DNA from: the human T2T-CHM13v2.0 reference genome, Homo sapiens
NCBI RefSeq assembly: GCF_009914755.1
Contig: NC_060946.1
Strand: one strand, 5' to 3'
DNA length: 64,000 bases
Below the pieces are notes generated by a model. That model saw nothing but the letters and a program-made list of their open reading frames with translations. It had not been told where the DNA came from and did not search any database. Both the position numbers and the translations under genes were made by a program. This document shows, one piece after another, positions 13,940-30,131 of this stretch (its first letter is position 1; each line of letters begins with the position of its first letter).

Positions 13940-14190
13940 ATAATAATATTAACAATTTTAGCTGAATGAACAGGTACTATTTATTGAGCCACTAGTCTAT
14001 GCTAGAACCTATGCCTACATTCATTATCTCACAGCCCTGCAAGGAAGGTCTTACAGTTCCATTTTCCAGACACTGAGATTCAGAGTGCTCATTTACTCAA
14101 CCAAGACCACACAGGTAGAGCATAGTGGGGCTAGAATTCAGACCCACAATGACCCTACTAGAGCTTATGCCTTTTCTAGGACATGCATCA
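13940..14190 (-). mobile_element. MIR
   Basis: ttattgagccactagtctatgctag...cattttccagacactgagattcagag. Confidence 0.65.
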
Positions 14191-14929
14191 TAGCTACATG
14201 CGAACTTCTCGTCTCAAAAAACTTAATAAGTACTACTGACTTAAGCACCTATTATTTCACTGCCAGTCCCTGTTCCAAGTACTAGAAATATGAGTAAGAT
14301 GTTGTCCCTGCTCGAGAAGATTACATAACTGCAGGCGGCAGTCACAAGTAACTCCAATACTCTGTATATATTTGACATATCAAAATCATTCTGGACAACT
14401 TTACTTGGATATGCTACTAGCACAGAAAGCTCAATAAATTTTAAACCAAATTCATCAATCTACTCCAAAATCGGCTTCTCTTCCCAACTTTCCTTTCTCT
14501 ATCTACAACACCATTATTATTCCAGGATCACAAACTAAAACCTAAACATCATTCCTTATGTGTAATCTATCACCAAGTCCTCTCTTTTTTCTTAGACATC
14601 ACAAATTCTTACTGCTGACATCTGAAGCCAGAGCCTCACAAAACAAACATACATTAAGTATCAACTAGATACAAAGCATCACATAGGATAGAAAGGTATA
14701 AGACTAAGTCCTTATGCTGGAGAAAGTTACGAAGAAGTTAGGACAGAACCAAAAACCTGTAAGAAGACAACCAGGCACTCACTGTTTAGTCAGTTGAGCA
14801 ACAAATGAATTAGGTGGTCAATAATTTCAGGTTCTCCAGGAATTACCAAGGATAAATCATCAAAAACTGGGATGGTCAAGGAAGATTTCACAAAGAAACT
14901 TGAAGTAAAAATTCAGAGGAGACACAGCT

Positions 14930-15475
14930 TAGTCTGGAGCCAAAAGCCAAGGTTCTTACCATGGACTGTAATGCCCTTCAAGATCTGGACCCCTCCACCT
15001 TTCTGAGCTCACCTTTTACCCTTTTCCTATTCCCTTACTCAGCACCTGCCATACTGCCCTCTCACTGTCCCCAGAACATGCCAACCATACACTTGTGCTC
15101 TCTGCCTGGATTACTCTTCCTCCAGATGCCCTCTTGGCTGCCTCCCTAAGTCCCTTCAGGAGTCTATTCAGATATCATATAGAAAGGCTGTCTCTCACAA
15201 TCTCATCTAAGATAATATACACTATGACTCTCACACTGTTCCTTTCTACCCTACTTACCCTGTTACATTTTCCTTCATAGCCCTGATGACATACATATCT
15301 ATACACACACACACACACACACACACACATATGTATTTCTAAAATGTTCATTCACACCACAAGAACATAAATTCCAAGGGAGCAGGGACTTGACTGTTAT
15401 AATACCAACACCCAGTGAACAGTGTCTGACACACAGCAGGCAATCAATCAATATTTGTTGAATAAAACAATAAAA
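14930..15475 (+). mobile_element. L2a 3' fragment
   Basis: Ends aacagtgtctgacacacagcaggcaatcaatcaatatttgttgaataaa (L2 3' terminus). Confidence 0.8.
15303..15328. repeat. (CA)n microsatellite
   Basis: About 13 AC units. Confidence 0.95.
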
Positions 15476-15824
15476 GAAATAGAAACAAGATAATGAAGAG
15501 AATAGTGTCAGCAAAGGAGGCAGACATACTTAAGATGTGTTCAAAATACAAAATAAAAATACCGAGCCGGTATCTAAAATACAAGTATGGGAATGTTAGA
15601 GGCAGGGACTTTGTCTTGTTCAACTTTGTAATCCCTACTGCCTAGAACAGTGCCTGGAACAGATACTGGAACAAATACTCAATATTTTTTAAGGCAAAAG
15701 AATGAATGGGGTGTGGGGGTGGGAGGATGGAGAATGAATAGTGAATAAATTCCATTCCATTCCATATAAAGATACTTTGGCAAGGTATGTTGGAACCAAA
15801 TGGCTGGGAATGCTGACTGTAAGG

Positions 15825-16243
15825 CGATATAGTTTGAATGTTTATCCCCTCCAAATCTCATGTTGAAATATAATCCCCAATGTCAGAGGTGGGGCCTGGT
15901 GGGAGGTTCGGATCATGGGGCTGGATCCCTCATGAATGGTTTGGTGCTGTCCTCACTCGGAGTTCACTTGAGAGCTGGTTGTTTAAAACAGCGAAGCACC
16001 CCACCATCATCCCCCCATCTTGTTCCCGCTCTTGCCATGTGATGCACCATCTCCCCTTTTGCCTTGGACCATGACTGTAAACTTCCTGAGGCCCTCATCA
16101 GAAGCAGATGTTGGTGCCATGCTTCCTGTATAGCCTGCAGAACCATAAGCCAATTAAACCTCTTTTCTTTATAAATTACCCAGTCTCAGGTAATTTACAG
16201 CAATAAACAGTCCTGTATAGCAATACAAAAACAGACTAACAGA
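15825..16243 (+). mobile_element. MaLR solo LTR (MSTB/MSTA-like)
   Basis: gatatagtttgaatg...ccaaatctcatgttgaaat...taaacctcttttctttataaattacccagtctcaggt; 5-bp TSD taagg. Confidence 0.9.
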
Positions 16244-16699
16244 TAAGGCAAAGAAATTTGGACTTTATCCTGTAGGATGCAGAGCATTGAAGCTATAAAC
16301 AGTAGGAAAAGGGTAGAGTTGAAACTGCATTTTTAAGCAATCTAATATATAACAAAATATTAACTATGATTTTATAGAGCTGTTTTTTCTGAAAACTCTG
16401 TGCCTGATTAAAATGCTTATTATGACCACTTGACAGAAAACAAAACTGAAGTTCAGAGTACCTAAGTAACCTGTGCAATGCCACAGAGCCAGTCAATGGC
16501 AGCAGAAGAGCTAGAATCCAGGGTTCTTTCTTATAAACCACTGTCTGGGTGATGGGGCTAGGAACCTACAATTGCTTTAAGAGTTAAGAGAGACATTTCT
16601 ACTTTCTTTACTTCTGACTTGCTATATAACAAAAGTTTTCAGAAAGGGAAGGCAAGTAACATAAATAAGTGAAACAGAGACAGGTTAAAAAAAAAAGGG

Positions 16700-16945
16700 A
16701 ATTGTGAGGATTGTAAACCTAAAGATACATGAATCATGTTAAAAGGGGCAACTGCTAAGCAACTCAATTGATGTCCTTTAGAAATATCAATTCAGCAATA
16801 TCAGATCCTCTAAATTTTCATGAGAAGCTAAAAATTTCCTAACTTTTAACTGTTTGCTCAAAAATTCTAAAGCATCCTAACAGGCCAAACAAAACCTGCC
16901 TATAGGGCTAAATTCCATCTGCAAGTCCTAATTTGTGACTGCTGA
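16700..16945. mobile_element. hAT-Charlie relic (MER102-like)
   Basis: tcagatcctctaaattttcatgagaagct...ggccaaacaaaac...tttgtgactgctg. Confidence 0.45.
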
Positions 16946-18319
16946 TTTAAACCACTCAAGGCTTCAGTTTCTCATACGTAAATTAAGAGACCCAGTATTT
17001 CCTAATCTGTTGGGGTGGTTTTTCTGAACGCATCTGTGAATCCATATGCATACCACACATGGCCTGTAGACTGAAGTCTCGGTCTTAGGCTCAGATGTTG
17101 CTGGACTTAATAAAGTTATTTAAACTGGGGGTGGGAATACAGAATCTGAGAACAGTAAACTGTATCAAGAAGGGAGAAAATATATTTATGTTTCTGTAGA
17201 AATAATTAATCTAAAACTTCAAAGTGATACAAGGCTTTAAACTGGTTTTCAATTTTTTAGGTATATTTCCTTTGGGTCGCTTATTTGTGATCTGTATAGC
17301 ACTTGTTTCCCTGCTGTCTGGCTTTCGTTTAATAGGTACCACTCGACAGAGGACTATTACCTAAAGCCTTTAAATACCCACACCATCTTAAATCACCTTA
17401 TTGTTTCTTCTTTCTTTCGCTTACTCCAAATTGAACCTGTATTTACACCTGAAATATTTACAGAATTACTATTGTATCAATATTTTTTCATTAGGAATGA
17501 TTTATATAGAGCTACTAAGCCAGCATAGTTCAGAATGTTAAAATTTAACATTATTGTTTCAAAGATCCAGCATCAAATAGTAATTACACATTTTCCCAGG
17601 TCTGTAGGTATTTTTATGTCTCCTTCATTTTTTAACATAGCACTTTGCAGATCACTTCTCTAAATGCAAATACTGAAGAACAGTCAATTAAAATAGTATT
17701 TTACTCAATAACCACTTGCCTATTCAAATCTGAACAAAAGCAAGAAAGAGAAAATGAAGAAAACACATCTTTTTCCATTGTAAATTTCTTCAAGATTTCC
17801 TAAGGAATGATGTATCTGACATTGATCAAAGGATAAATGCCTGAAAAGGCTAGCCTCATACTTATTTATATTTATTGTGTTTTAGGCGTAGAAATTTGAA
17901 AAATTTGTTCAAATTTTGAACCAATTCAAAATTTGTTCAAAAATTAACATATTTGAAAAATATGTTAATTTTCCTACAGACCTCTAAATTGTGTTCAAGT
18001 ATCTAAGGAGGTGTTAGAAAAATAAAGGGACAAAGGTAGAAGTGTATTTGACACCACAAAAATGTTGCCTCATTAGTGACATTTCACACAGTTGGGTAAT
18101 CCGAGAATCTCAAGGCCTCACTTTGCTAGAAAAGAAATTAAAATAACTTGTTGCAGGAAGAATTCTGCCACACAGCCCAGGTGATGCAGGACCATGCTCC
18201 CATTCCCCTAGCAGAAAACTGCTACAGATCACTCCACAACATTCAAAGCAGATCACCTCTGACCTTACCCATCTCACTTCCTTCCACTATCAGGCAGCTC
18301 CAGAAAGGCTGAAGTTCCA

Positions 18320-19730
18320 CCCTTTAAATACAACACATTTACTGAGTACTCATTATGTACAAGGGAGTGCTGTAGACACTGTGAGAAAACAAAAATGAAC
18401 CAGATGATTTTGCCCTTGAGGAGGCAGGAGTCTGGTGGAGGTCAAAAGAGAAGACAGGTACACAACTAATAAAAATAATAATAACAATAGCAGCTAACAC
18501 TGACTGATCTTGCTATTTATCTGACTCTTAAGAGCCCAACTCTTAGCCAAAGCTAAGTGCTAGAAGAACGAGAATAATTAGTGGCATATTCTCTCATTAA
18601 GTCTAAGGAAGCCCTAAAGAGTAATTAGGTCTGACTGTAGTAACTGAGAATGGTTTCACAGGAGAGGTGGCACAGCATTCTCTCAACAAGTAGGGAACAC
18701 AGCATGAGCCAAATCATGGAGGTATAAAAGCGTGAGCTACATTAGCAAGCATCTAATAGATCTGAAATCTATAATGCAAGCCAAGCTGTAATGACCTGTG
18801 GAAGGCTGTGAATGCTATTCTCTTAACAGTACAATAATAGCTATCATTTATTGAGTATGTACCAAGCATTGAAATATTTTAACATTTTTTATTTCATTCA
18901 AATAACATCTTCCTAACACTCTTATGTAGAGGAACTATTATTATGCCCATGTTATAGGAGAGGAAGCTAAGGCTAAAGAATTAAGCAAATTCCCAATGTA
19001 TCATGGCTAGAAAGTAGAAGAAAGGAAATTCAAGTCAGTCAGATCCAAAGCCTTGCTTTTAACTTCTGACTTAGAATACAATGATGAGCCAGAACAAGAT
19101 TTTAATTAAGGTATTGACAAATCTATTTGAGTTTTATGCTGATAATTCTGCAAGTATTGTGGAGGATGGAAAGAATAGGAAAACAACAAAGACAGGAAGG
19201 CCAAATAAGTTTCTGTTGCAACAGAACAATAAGGAATGAAGAGGCCTTGAATTAGGGCAGCAGAAACAGAAAAAGGACCTTTCTGAGAGACATTTCACAA
19301 GTCAAACAGGTCCTAAGAGCCTGTTTCATGAAACGAACCAAGAAGGATTTAAAGGTGATCCCCAAATGTTTCACCATCCGTTAGAAAAAGAGACACTCCA
19401 CTAACTGAAGTATAGATCACAGAAAAAAATGTTGGATACTGAATTCTGTTTAAGACTTGTAGGATCTAAGGTACTTAGAGGCACAGGGATGTGAAGTTAA
19501 GTAGGTGGAGATATGATTACAGTTAAGGATATATATTGATGTAGATATTGATATAGATATGGATAAATAGAGCTATAAAGAGATGGGGGGTCATTGACAT
19601 GATGATGATGACATATATATATAAAGCCTTAGGTTAAAAAAATTCTTCCAGTGATGAAGTCTGGAGCAAGAAGAATTTTAAAAGGAGAGAAAAAGAGAGA
19701 TCATAAAATTGAGTCTTGAGCAATACCATA
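18320..19730 (-). mobile_element. Fragmented L2 with embedded MIR (~18820-19060)
   Basis: acatttactgagtactcattatgtacaagg (antisense L2 tail); MIR ttatgcccatgttataggagaggaagctaaggct. Confidence 0.65.
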
Positions 19731-19819
19731 CTTCTAAACACAACCGACTTCACTGCTCAGATGGAATGTGAGACTTAACCAGTTTCCTGAGGCAGCAATT
19801 TTTATTTGGCCAATAATGC

Positions 19820-19965
19820 CTGGTTCAAACCCTAGATCCACCACTTACTAGCTGTGTGCTCTTTTGTTACTTCATTTTCCTGTACCTCAATTTCTAACTC
19901 TGTACATGGACATAATAATAACACCTACCTATGATTTTTGAGATTAAATTATATATGTAATTATC
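19820..19965 (+). mobile_element. MIR
   Basis: ggttcaaaccctagatccaccacttactagctgtgtg...cctcaatttc. Confidence 0.7.
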
Positions 19966-20163
19966 CGCACACAAGCACACACACAATATATCCCATACGT
20001 ATGATAATCCTATATGTTATTGTTACTCTACTTGTTTTACTACGCTAACTCTGAATTTTTTTCCTCTTTCATCATCACACCATAGACTTTTTACAAATTA
20101 TAAGGGCTGCAAAGTACCAGAAATAATGCTCATGTGTTTCAGTGGTATAATCATTTTTCTAAT

Positions 20164-20880
20164 GGGACTTCTGTTTCTGTCTACGACACAACAACTGGGA
20201 CTAGGCTTACTTTCCTAACATAACTAAAAAACTGGATAAAATAAAGGAAAAATACTGCTTTCCAAATGTTTCAGACAATAGGCAGCACAGTACTATGAAC
20301 CTTAAGATAAGCAAAACGAATGACATGAGCCCTATGATCACTCTGGCTTTCTGCTTGGAGGCACCTTCCAGACTACAGGGCAGGAAAGGGATCCCAAACA
20401 GAGCACGAGGATCTTGCTGAGTTGAGAAAACAGAGATCAGTGTTTAAGGAGGATAAAGTAGCTAGAACATTCAGAGTACAGAATTGGAGCGGGCTACGCA
20501 GACATGGAGCTCCAGAAATCAGCACAGGAGTCCTCTTAAGTTTTGGCTGAACACTAAGTTGCCAAAATATGGTGAAACTCCACAAGGCAAAGTGGGAGCC
20601 ATAAGCTGAACAACTGCCAGAGCTCATCAGGACTGCAAGACTTCCAAGTGTCAACCAGACAGAGTGACGGGATATCATTGAATACCTGGGACATTCAGTA
20701 GAGACCTCAGAAAGGTCATGTCTTCGCAGAAGGGGTAAACTAGCCCAGACTAAAGTGTACTCTTAACTCACTCTAACAAAGCTTACAAATCAACCTTAAA
20801 AAGTGCAACACTCTTTGAAGGAAAACAACAAAATCCAGCACTCAATGAAAATGTCCAGCATTCAGTCATTTTCCAGTGAT
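20164..20880 (+). mobile_element. Ancient L1 (L1MC/MD-type) 5' region fragment
   Basis: gggacttctgtttctg...aactggataaaata...aaatccagcactcaa. Confidence 0.6.
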
Positions 20881-20915
20881 GCTTATGAAAGAACACAGGT
20901 GTTAGCCTGAAAATA

Positions 20916-21124
20916 CAGTAAGTCTTCACTTAATGTCATAGATAGGTTTTTGGAACTGCAACTTTAAGGAGAACAACATACAGCAGGTCCTCAAATAACA
21001 TCTTTTATTCAACATCATTTTTATAATGTTAACAAGAAAAAGAAATTTGTTTCATTATACATTAGTTCACTAAAAGTCACAGTTTCCATGAACCTATCAA
21101 CAATGTTAAGTGAGGATTTTCCAT
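20916..21124. mobile_element. TcMar-Tigger MITE (MER6B/C-like)
   Basis: Degenerate TIRs cagtaagtcttcacttaatgtc...ataggtt / aacctatcaacaatgttaagtgagga; TA flanks. Confidence 0.7.
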
Positions 21125-21439
21125 ACTTACTTGTTATCTCTTTGGCAGGCAGTTAGTCTTCATCATAACAATGCTATGACTATGTTATAAATTTTCTTAT
21201 ATAAATCAGGTTAATGGATTGTAATACCTTTGGCTACAATCTTTTCTCTACCAGGTGGCCACAGCTATAGTGCATGTGTAATTTTGCTATTATATAATTA
21301 ATTGGGGGAAATTTCAGTATGTCATACTTAATTAAAACTTATCTGGAACAGATTCAGTGGTCACATATTTGGGCCAGAATATACAGCTTTGAAGTTATTA
21401 ACTTTCCCAAAGAAACCCTGATTATTCAGTGGTAGTGAC

Positions 21440-21468
21440 TGTGTGTATGTGTGTATGTGTGTGTGTGT
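21440..21468. repeat. Imperfect (TG)n
   Basis: tgtgtgtatgtgtgtatgtgtgtgtgtgt. Confidence 0.85.
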
Positions 21469-21548
21469 TTTAAATATGTACATTTCATTAAAGAAAGATG
21501 CTTGAAGTGGGGGCTTATTGACTTGTGTGTTTTTAACCAAAAGAGGCT

Positions 21549-22690
<1,142 letters not shown>

Positions 22691-22779
22691 CTAGCAAGAC
22701 ACATTAGATTTTGTTTATATTAAAACACAAATTTTTCTTGCATGAACATATCCACAGGTCTTCTGCCCTCTATTCTGTC

Positions 22780-23795
22780 TATAATTATTCCTCAAAGACC
22801 TCAGCCAGTCTCAAACTGCTAACTACCATCTCTTAATTCATGACTCCCATATTTATGCCTCAAAAACCCACTTCTCTACTGAGCTCCAGACTTGTAACTG
22901 CCTACCCAACATCTCCTCTAAGATGTCTAACACACATCTCAGACTTACACAGCCAACAAATCTGGTCCTTCTTCAATTTTATTTTATATCAGTTAATGGC
23001 ATCTCTATTCATCCAGCAGCTCAGGCCAAAAACTTTATAGTCCCCTTTGATTCCTCTCCTTTCCTGGCCTCAACATCCAGTCCACTAACAAGTCCTCAGC
23101 TCTCTCCCAACAAAATCTAATCCAAATCTTGCCACTTTATCATCATCTCTACCCTTTCTCTTTAGCAACAGATGCCATCAACATCATCTGGTCTACTACA
23201 ATATCTTCCGCTCTGCCTCTTGTGACCCAGTCTCTTAGTGTAGCCAGAATGATCTTTCTATAAATTGGGTTGTACATTTCCCCCTGCTTAAGACCCGCTT
23301 AAGGCTTCCCTTTGCACAAAATATAAAATCCAAAGGCTTTAACATGGCCTACAAGGTCATACATGATCTAGCCTCTACTTTTCACCCTCATTTTTTACCA
23401 TACCTTCCCTTAACTGTGCTGCAGCTATACCTGCCTTCTTATGCTTCCTTTATGACCTTGTTAATTGCAGTTATGTCTACCTGGAATATTCTTCCTGAGG
23501 GATAGGTATTTCCTTTTCCACATTCAAGTTTCTTGTCAAATAGCAAGTTCCCAGAGAGGCTATCCCTGACCAAAATTAACCCGCCCCCCTACTCCAAATG
23601 ATTACATACCCTATTACTTTAGTTTGTCTTCTTCAAGCCACTTATTACAATTTGAAATTACATTATTTCTCATTTAACCTCTGTGCATCCAATAGCTTAT
23701 AAGCTCTAAGTAGTGCTATCTGCATTTGTTATCCAATCCTTAAAACATTTCCTAGCATATTAGGTACTCATTAAATATTTACTAAACAAATAAAT
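22780..23795 (+). mobile_element. L2a fragment
   Basis: gagctccagacttgt...atgtctaacacacatctcagactta...cctagcatattaggtactcattaaatatttact. Confidence 0.8.
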
Positions 23796-24870
23796 ATAAT
23801 GTTGGTTATATGATAAAACTAAATATATAGAATTTCCTTTTGCAATAAAATGTTCAGCATGGCATTTATTCACTTGTCAAGGGATGCCTGTAAATACCTT
23901 CATTCTTGAAAGATATACTCTCCCAAGGAATACAAAAAGAGGTCATTCCCCTTAAGACAGTTTTACACCCAGGAGTAAGTCAGAAGATACTTAACTGAAA
24001 GAAATATGTTTCTGAAAAGTAAGCAGTAATTATTCTGGAAATAATTATTGCCCAATAATGTCTTTTATTGCAAGAACTCCAATAGTGTCACTTTCTGTCT
24101 TCATTTACACTGATGAGAATCTTGTATAATCCAAAGATGGGTAGATAAAATGATCTTTAGATAGTTTAACAAATAAATTTAACACACTTTGAAATTTTTA
24201 GATGAAGTACAAATCACTTGTCAAAAGTACAATCTTATTTGTCAAAACATGAAAATGAAAAAAGAGAAGACACAGAAATAACAAGCTCAGAGCTGCCAAA
24301 CTGACAGGCAGCCTTAAGTGAGATAGTCAAAACATACATATGCTAATTTTTAAAGTGCTGTCTATCTGGCCACCCATATGAAAACATGAGAAAGCTTTTT
24401 CTTCGTATTTCAAAAGTATATAAATGGGTCAGAGAGTGGACACTCTGATTACCACATTAAGCAAGAGAAATTAAGAGTATAAAGAATTTTCCATTTAAGT
24501 TCTGAGTGCACATATAAGAAAACTATTAACTGAATTTCATGGGAGGTAATTCAGAAGATCCAACCCCCACAACAATATTCATACCACCTATAACATCTAA
24601 CAAAATCACTGGCAGTGTTCTGGGTATAGAACACAGTGCAAGAGATAACTTTCCATGTTAGCAGCTGAGGTTAGGTACATATCATAAATGGCAAAAATCA
24701 CACTTCCAAAACACTACTGAAATTGAGTTAAAGATTTAAATAAAATGTACAGATATTATTTCTAATTATTTTCCTTCTTCATTTAATATAATAAAAGGTT
24801 TTCTTATTAACATTTCTCCTAAGCAGTCCTCCCTCTTGCAACACTACTGATTCTAAACAAAAGAGCATCA

Positions 24871-25170
<300 letters not shown>

Positions 25171-25316
25171 TTAGCATTTCCTTGAAATGTTCCCTTCATT
25201 GGGTTGATGAATTTGCCATCATATCTACACTTACATCTCACCCACTTTCTAAGATGTGGAATTCAATCTAGTGATACAACTAACTTTTTGCTAAAATTTG
25301 CTTTGTAAAGAATGCT

Positions 25317-25627
<311 letters not shown>

Positions 25628-25674
25628 CTAGATTTGGATTCTGATATTCCGCCACTAAAAAAAAAATGTGGCCA

Positions 25675-25890
25675 TGTATAATCCGATCCCATTTATGTAA
25701 AATGTCCAGAATAGGAAAATCCATAAATACAGAAAGTAGATTAGTGGTCACTGGGGGATGGAGGCAATGAGGAGTGACTGTTAATGGATAAGAGGCTTCT
25801 TTTGGGGGGAGATGCAGATGTTCTAGAATTAGATAATGGTGATGGTTGCATAATTTTGTAAAAATACAAAAAAAGTGAATTGTAACTAAA
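25675..25890 (+). mobile_element. L1MB 3' fragment
   Basis: ccatttatgtaaaatgtccagaataggaaaatccata...gatgttctagaattagataatggtgatggttgca. Confidence 0.8.
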
Positions 25891-26020
25891 ATATACAAAT
25901 ATTATTCTTAATTATTATCCTTCTTCATTCAAAAGGGTGTATGTGGTCAGCTTTCCCCAATTCCTCCCCCAAAAAAGGTTAATGTATAATTCTGTCTACT
26001 TAAAACTTTTTCTCTCATAA

Positions 26021-26315
<295 letters not shown>

Positions 26316-27169
26316 TAAATTTTTAAAATATGTGTCACGAGCTACCACTTGTCTTCCATACTAGACAACAAAAATAAACAACTAGCAAACTAATGTCGGC
26401 ATAAAAAGTTGAGAAAACAGTCTTAGTTGAATGGTTTATTTTATTTATGGGCATGTACTGATGCTATGAATTTATTATAAGTAAGACCACAGAATACATT
26501 TCTATAATTATCATTGTCTGTAGCTCATTTGTAAGACAAAATAAAATATGTCAGTATCTCACAGCACTCTATTCAGAACACCACGGCCCTTGCAGTGTCT
26601 TGTTTGGATACATTTGAGCCAATGAAATGGAACAAAGCTAATTAGGCCGAGTAAGATGAAACTAATCTTTTTCTTAATAACAGTATGTATTACACTAACC
26701 TAATATATCTCAGCTATGACCATGAACTGTTTAAAAAACATCAACAACCAGTGCATAACCCTTTTCTCAATATCCTCAACCCAGGCCAAAAAAGTAGGTG
26801 CAAAGGTTGTTTCATATAATCCTCAACGATTTTAGCACCACCACTACAAAGATAAAATTTTTAAAGTCTAATCTTAAAATACAATGACAATCCTATGTGT
26901 TAAAATCCGTTCCAACCTACAAGAAACCTAAAAAGAAAACCTCTGCTTTATGAAGCACGGTCATAGCTCATCGACAAGTAACAGTCACAACTTTTAGACT
27001 GTATCTGAAAATCCCAAACCCATGTTGTTTATATAGCAATTTCTAGCTTATCATAGTTATTTTTATGTATATGAAATTTAAAGTCTCACATAATAATCAA
27101 ATCAAATAGTACCATACTGTTTTAATTATTGGTTTTTAAAATTATCCTTTATTGTGTGGTAGGATTAAT

Positions 27170-27580
27170 CCCCTCTATCATTAGCTTTATTTTTTCAAAA
27201 TAATCTTTCATATTTTTATCTATTCATTCTGCCACATAAATTTCAAATTAATCATGTCAACTTCCAAGAAAAATGTGATTTGATATTCTAATTAACATCG
27301 TATTGTCCAGAAATAGTCTTGGGCAGAATATATGTCCATTTATTCAATTCCCTTTTATAACTCTAAATGAAGTTTTGCCATTTTCATTATCTAAAATTAT
27401 ACGTGGTCTTTATTTAATTATTTTTAAGTAATTTTTGCATATTATAAATGTGTATCTTTTTTCCATTTTATTTTCTAACTTAGAACGCTAAGTGAAATGC
27501 TGCTTATTTTATGGAACTCTTATTTTTTCTAAAATCTCAGTCAACTTATTTGGATTTACTAGGTATAAAATATGTTTGCT
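27170..27580 (-). mobile_element. Highly diverged L1M ORF2 fragment
   Basis: ccacataaatttcaaattaatcatgtcaacttcc...tggatttactaggtataaaat. Confidence 0.55.
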
Positions 27581-28039
27581 GTGTTTTTACCTTAATTTGA
27601 TATGAAAATCTGTTTTAAAGTTTGACTTCAAAAAGCTTAGAGTACAATCCAAAATAATAACACAATACATTTAAATGAATATGAGAGCAACATCTGAGGA
27701 TTTCTACAGATACAAAAATAAAATAAAACAGATAAAGTAATAAATTCATCCAAACAGAAGTTCAAAACTTAAGAAAGTATATTTTACCTTGAAGGTAGTA
27801 TGTACTTCATTTCAAATTTATATCTACAAACCACTCTGAAATGGGTCAATTTGAAAAATCCCAAATGTATCTAAGCCTACTTTTCAACAACTTCCTAGAT
27901 AATCTCTCCTGAATTAAAGTTCTTAAACAAATCAGAATGTGGTAAAGACAAAAACATCTAAGATATGTTCCTGAATATGAGGCCTAATCTTTTTTAAAAT
28001 TGGTTTCTGAAAGGTAATATAAAAATATTTACCAAAATA

Positions 28040-28336
28040 GGCTGGGCATGGTGGCTCACGCCTGTAATCCCAGCACTTTGGGAGGCCGAGGTGGGTGGAT
28101 CACGAGGTCAGGAGATTGAGACCATCCTGGCTAACACGGTGAAACCCCATCTCTACTAAAAATACAAAAAATTAGCCGGGCGTGGTGGCGGGCGCCTGTA
28201 GTCCCAGCTACTCGGGAGGCTGAGACAGGAGAATGGCTTGAACCCGGGAGGCAGAGCTTTCAGTGAGCCAAGATCATGTCACTGCACTCCAGCCTGGGTG
28301 ACAGAGCGAGACTCCATCTCAAAAAAAAAAAAAAAA
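28040..28336 (+). mobile_element. AluY
   Basis: ggctaacacggtgaaacc, gaatggc; TSD atttaccaaaata. Confidence 0.95.
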
Positions 28337-28556
28337 TTTACCAAAATAATAATACCAATATCAATGTGCTCTAGTTTTATCAGATCATGAATGCATCATG
28401 CATCCCAATAAAAGATTATTGAACATAACATCCAGAGCCCAAAATGTCTCCTAGCTGCAGGGGTGGGTGTGTGGGCGTGTGTGTGTTGACAGAGGGGTAA
28501 TGGTAGTATTAAGTGTTTGAGTTTGAGAGTTTTTCATTCCTACTCCAAAGATCCTA

Positions 28557-28895
<339 letters not shown>

Positions 28896-29977
28896 AAAAG
28901 AAGGCCTGAGGAAGGTGCATAGAAGCAGGCAGAAACTGCCTTGGTCTTCAACCCTTCAAAACAGAATCAAAGTGCCACCGACCCCCCTCCTTCAGGTCAA
29001 AGCCACCCACATCCCAAGACCAGTTCTTAATTTTCGCAGAAAGCATATATCAGCAGTCTGCTTTCTTTCTTGTTACTACTGTCACTCCACATTAACAATG
29101 CAGCTATCTTGCCTTTGTCCTCAGTCTTCTGGGCTGAGTCCTTACCCAAGTTTTTTTTATTCCTTGTCTCTGACTACCCAGAAATCGGAGTCAATGCCTG
29201 GCTCTTGCCTTCAAGAACACCTTGACAGCTGACCTAATATCTGGCTCTGATCTTTGGTATGTGCCTTGTCTCCTATTCTGGACTGTCCTCTGGTCTCAAA
29301 CACTCCAGGGTTGGCTATAACTATCATTTCCAAGGTTGTGCTTTTAGGAAATGTTGGCTGTCCTGCGGAGAGAGAATGGGGAGCCAGGGAAACATATTCA
29401 CTGAGAAAGTGCTAAATAAAAACAAATACGTATACACTTAAAAATAGTTAAGATGGTAAATTTTATTTTACGTGTATTTTACCACAATATAAAATTTTCG
29501 GGAAAAAAAATAATAGAAGTGAAACTCAGAGTCGACAGAACAGCTATTTGTCTATCTAGTTTTATCTAGGAGATACAACTAGGATTATCAGAACAAAAGT
29601 TGAATAAGCAAAAGAAGCCAGGTCAGACTCAAAGTATCTTAACATGAAGATTTTAATATCAGGATGTTTTGAGTCCAGAGATAAAGTCGTGGGTAAAGGT
29701 TGATTGTGGTGGGATGCTTTTTTTGTTTAACTAGTTTTGTAATTACAAAGTTAAAATATATTGTGGTAAAAATGCAAGGAGATAGAAGGATATAAAATAA
29801 AAATTAAAAGTCGTTCTTCCCATCACCACCAGTCCTACTCCTCTTTTTCATACACTCCCTAAACTTTTCTATGCATATACATTTTTTTCCAACTCACATG
29901 AGATAATACTTTATGTACAGACCTGCAACTTGCTTTTCTGCCCAAAAGAATATCTAGGACATCTCAGGAGCTATCTA

Positions 29978-30047
29978 ATATGTATATATATATATGTATG
30001 TATGTATGTATGTACATACATATAATAGATGGATAGATGATTAATGG

Positions 30048-30111
<64 letters not shown>

Positions 30112-30131
30112 TAGATAGGCAGGCAGGCAGA
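29978..30131. repeat. Compound STR: (TA)n(TATG)n ... (TAGA)13(CAGA)3 TAGA TAGG (CAGG)2
   Basis: Read directly; occupies the tail position of the adjacent antisense AluJ. Confidence 0.95.

Noticed and set aside
28349-28430. Short segment with atgcatcatgcat and AATAAA (retrocopy 3' end?)
   Set aside because: No poly(A) tail, TSD or recognisable parent; cannot be supported.
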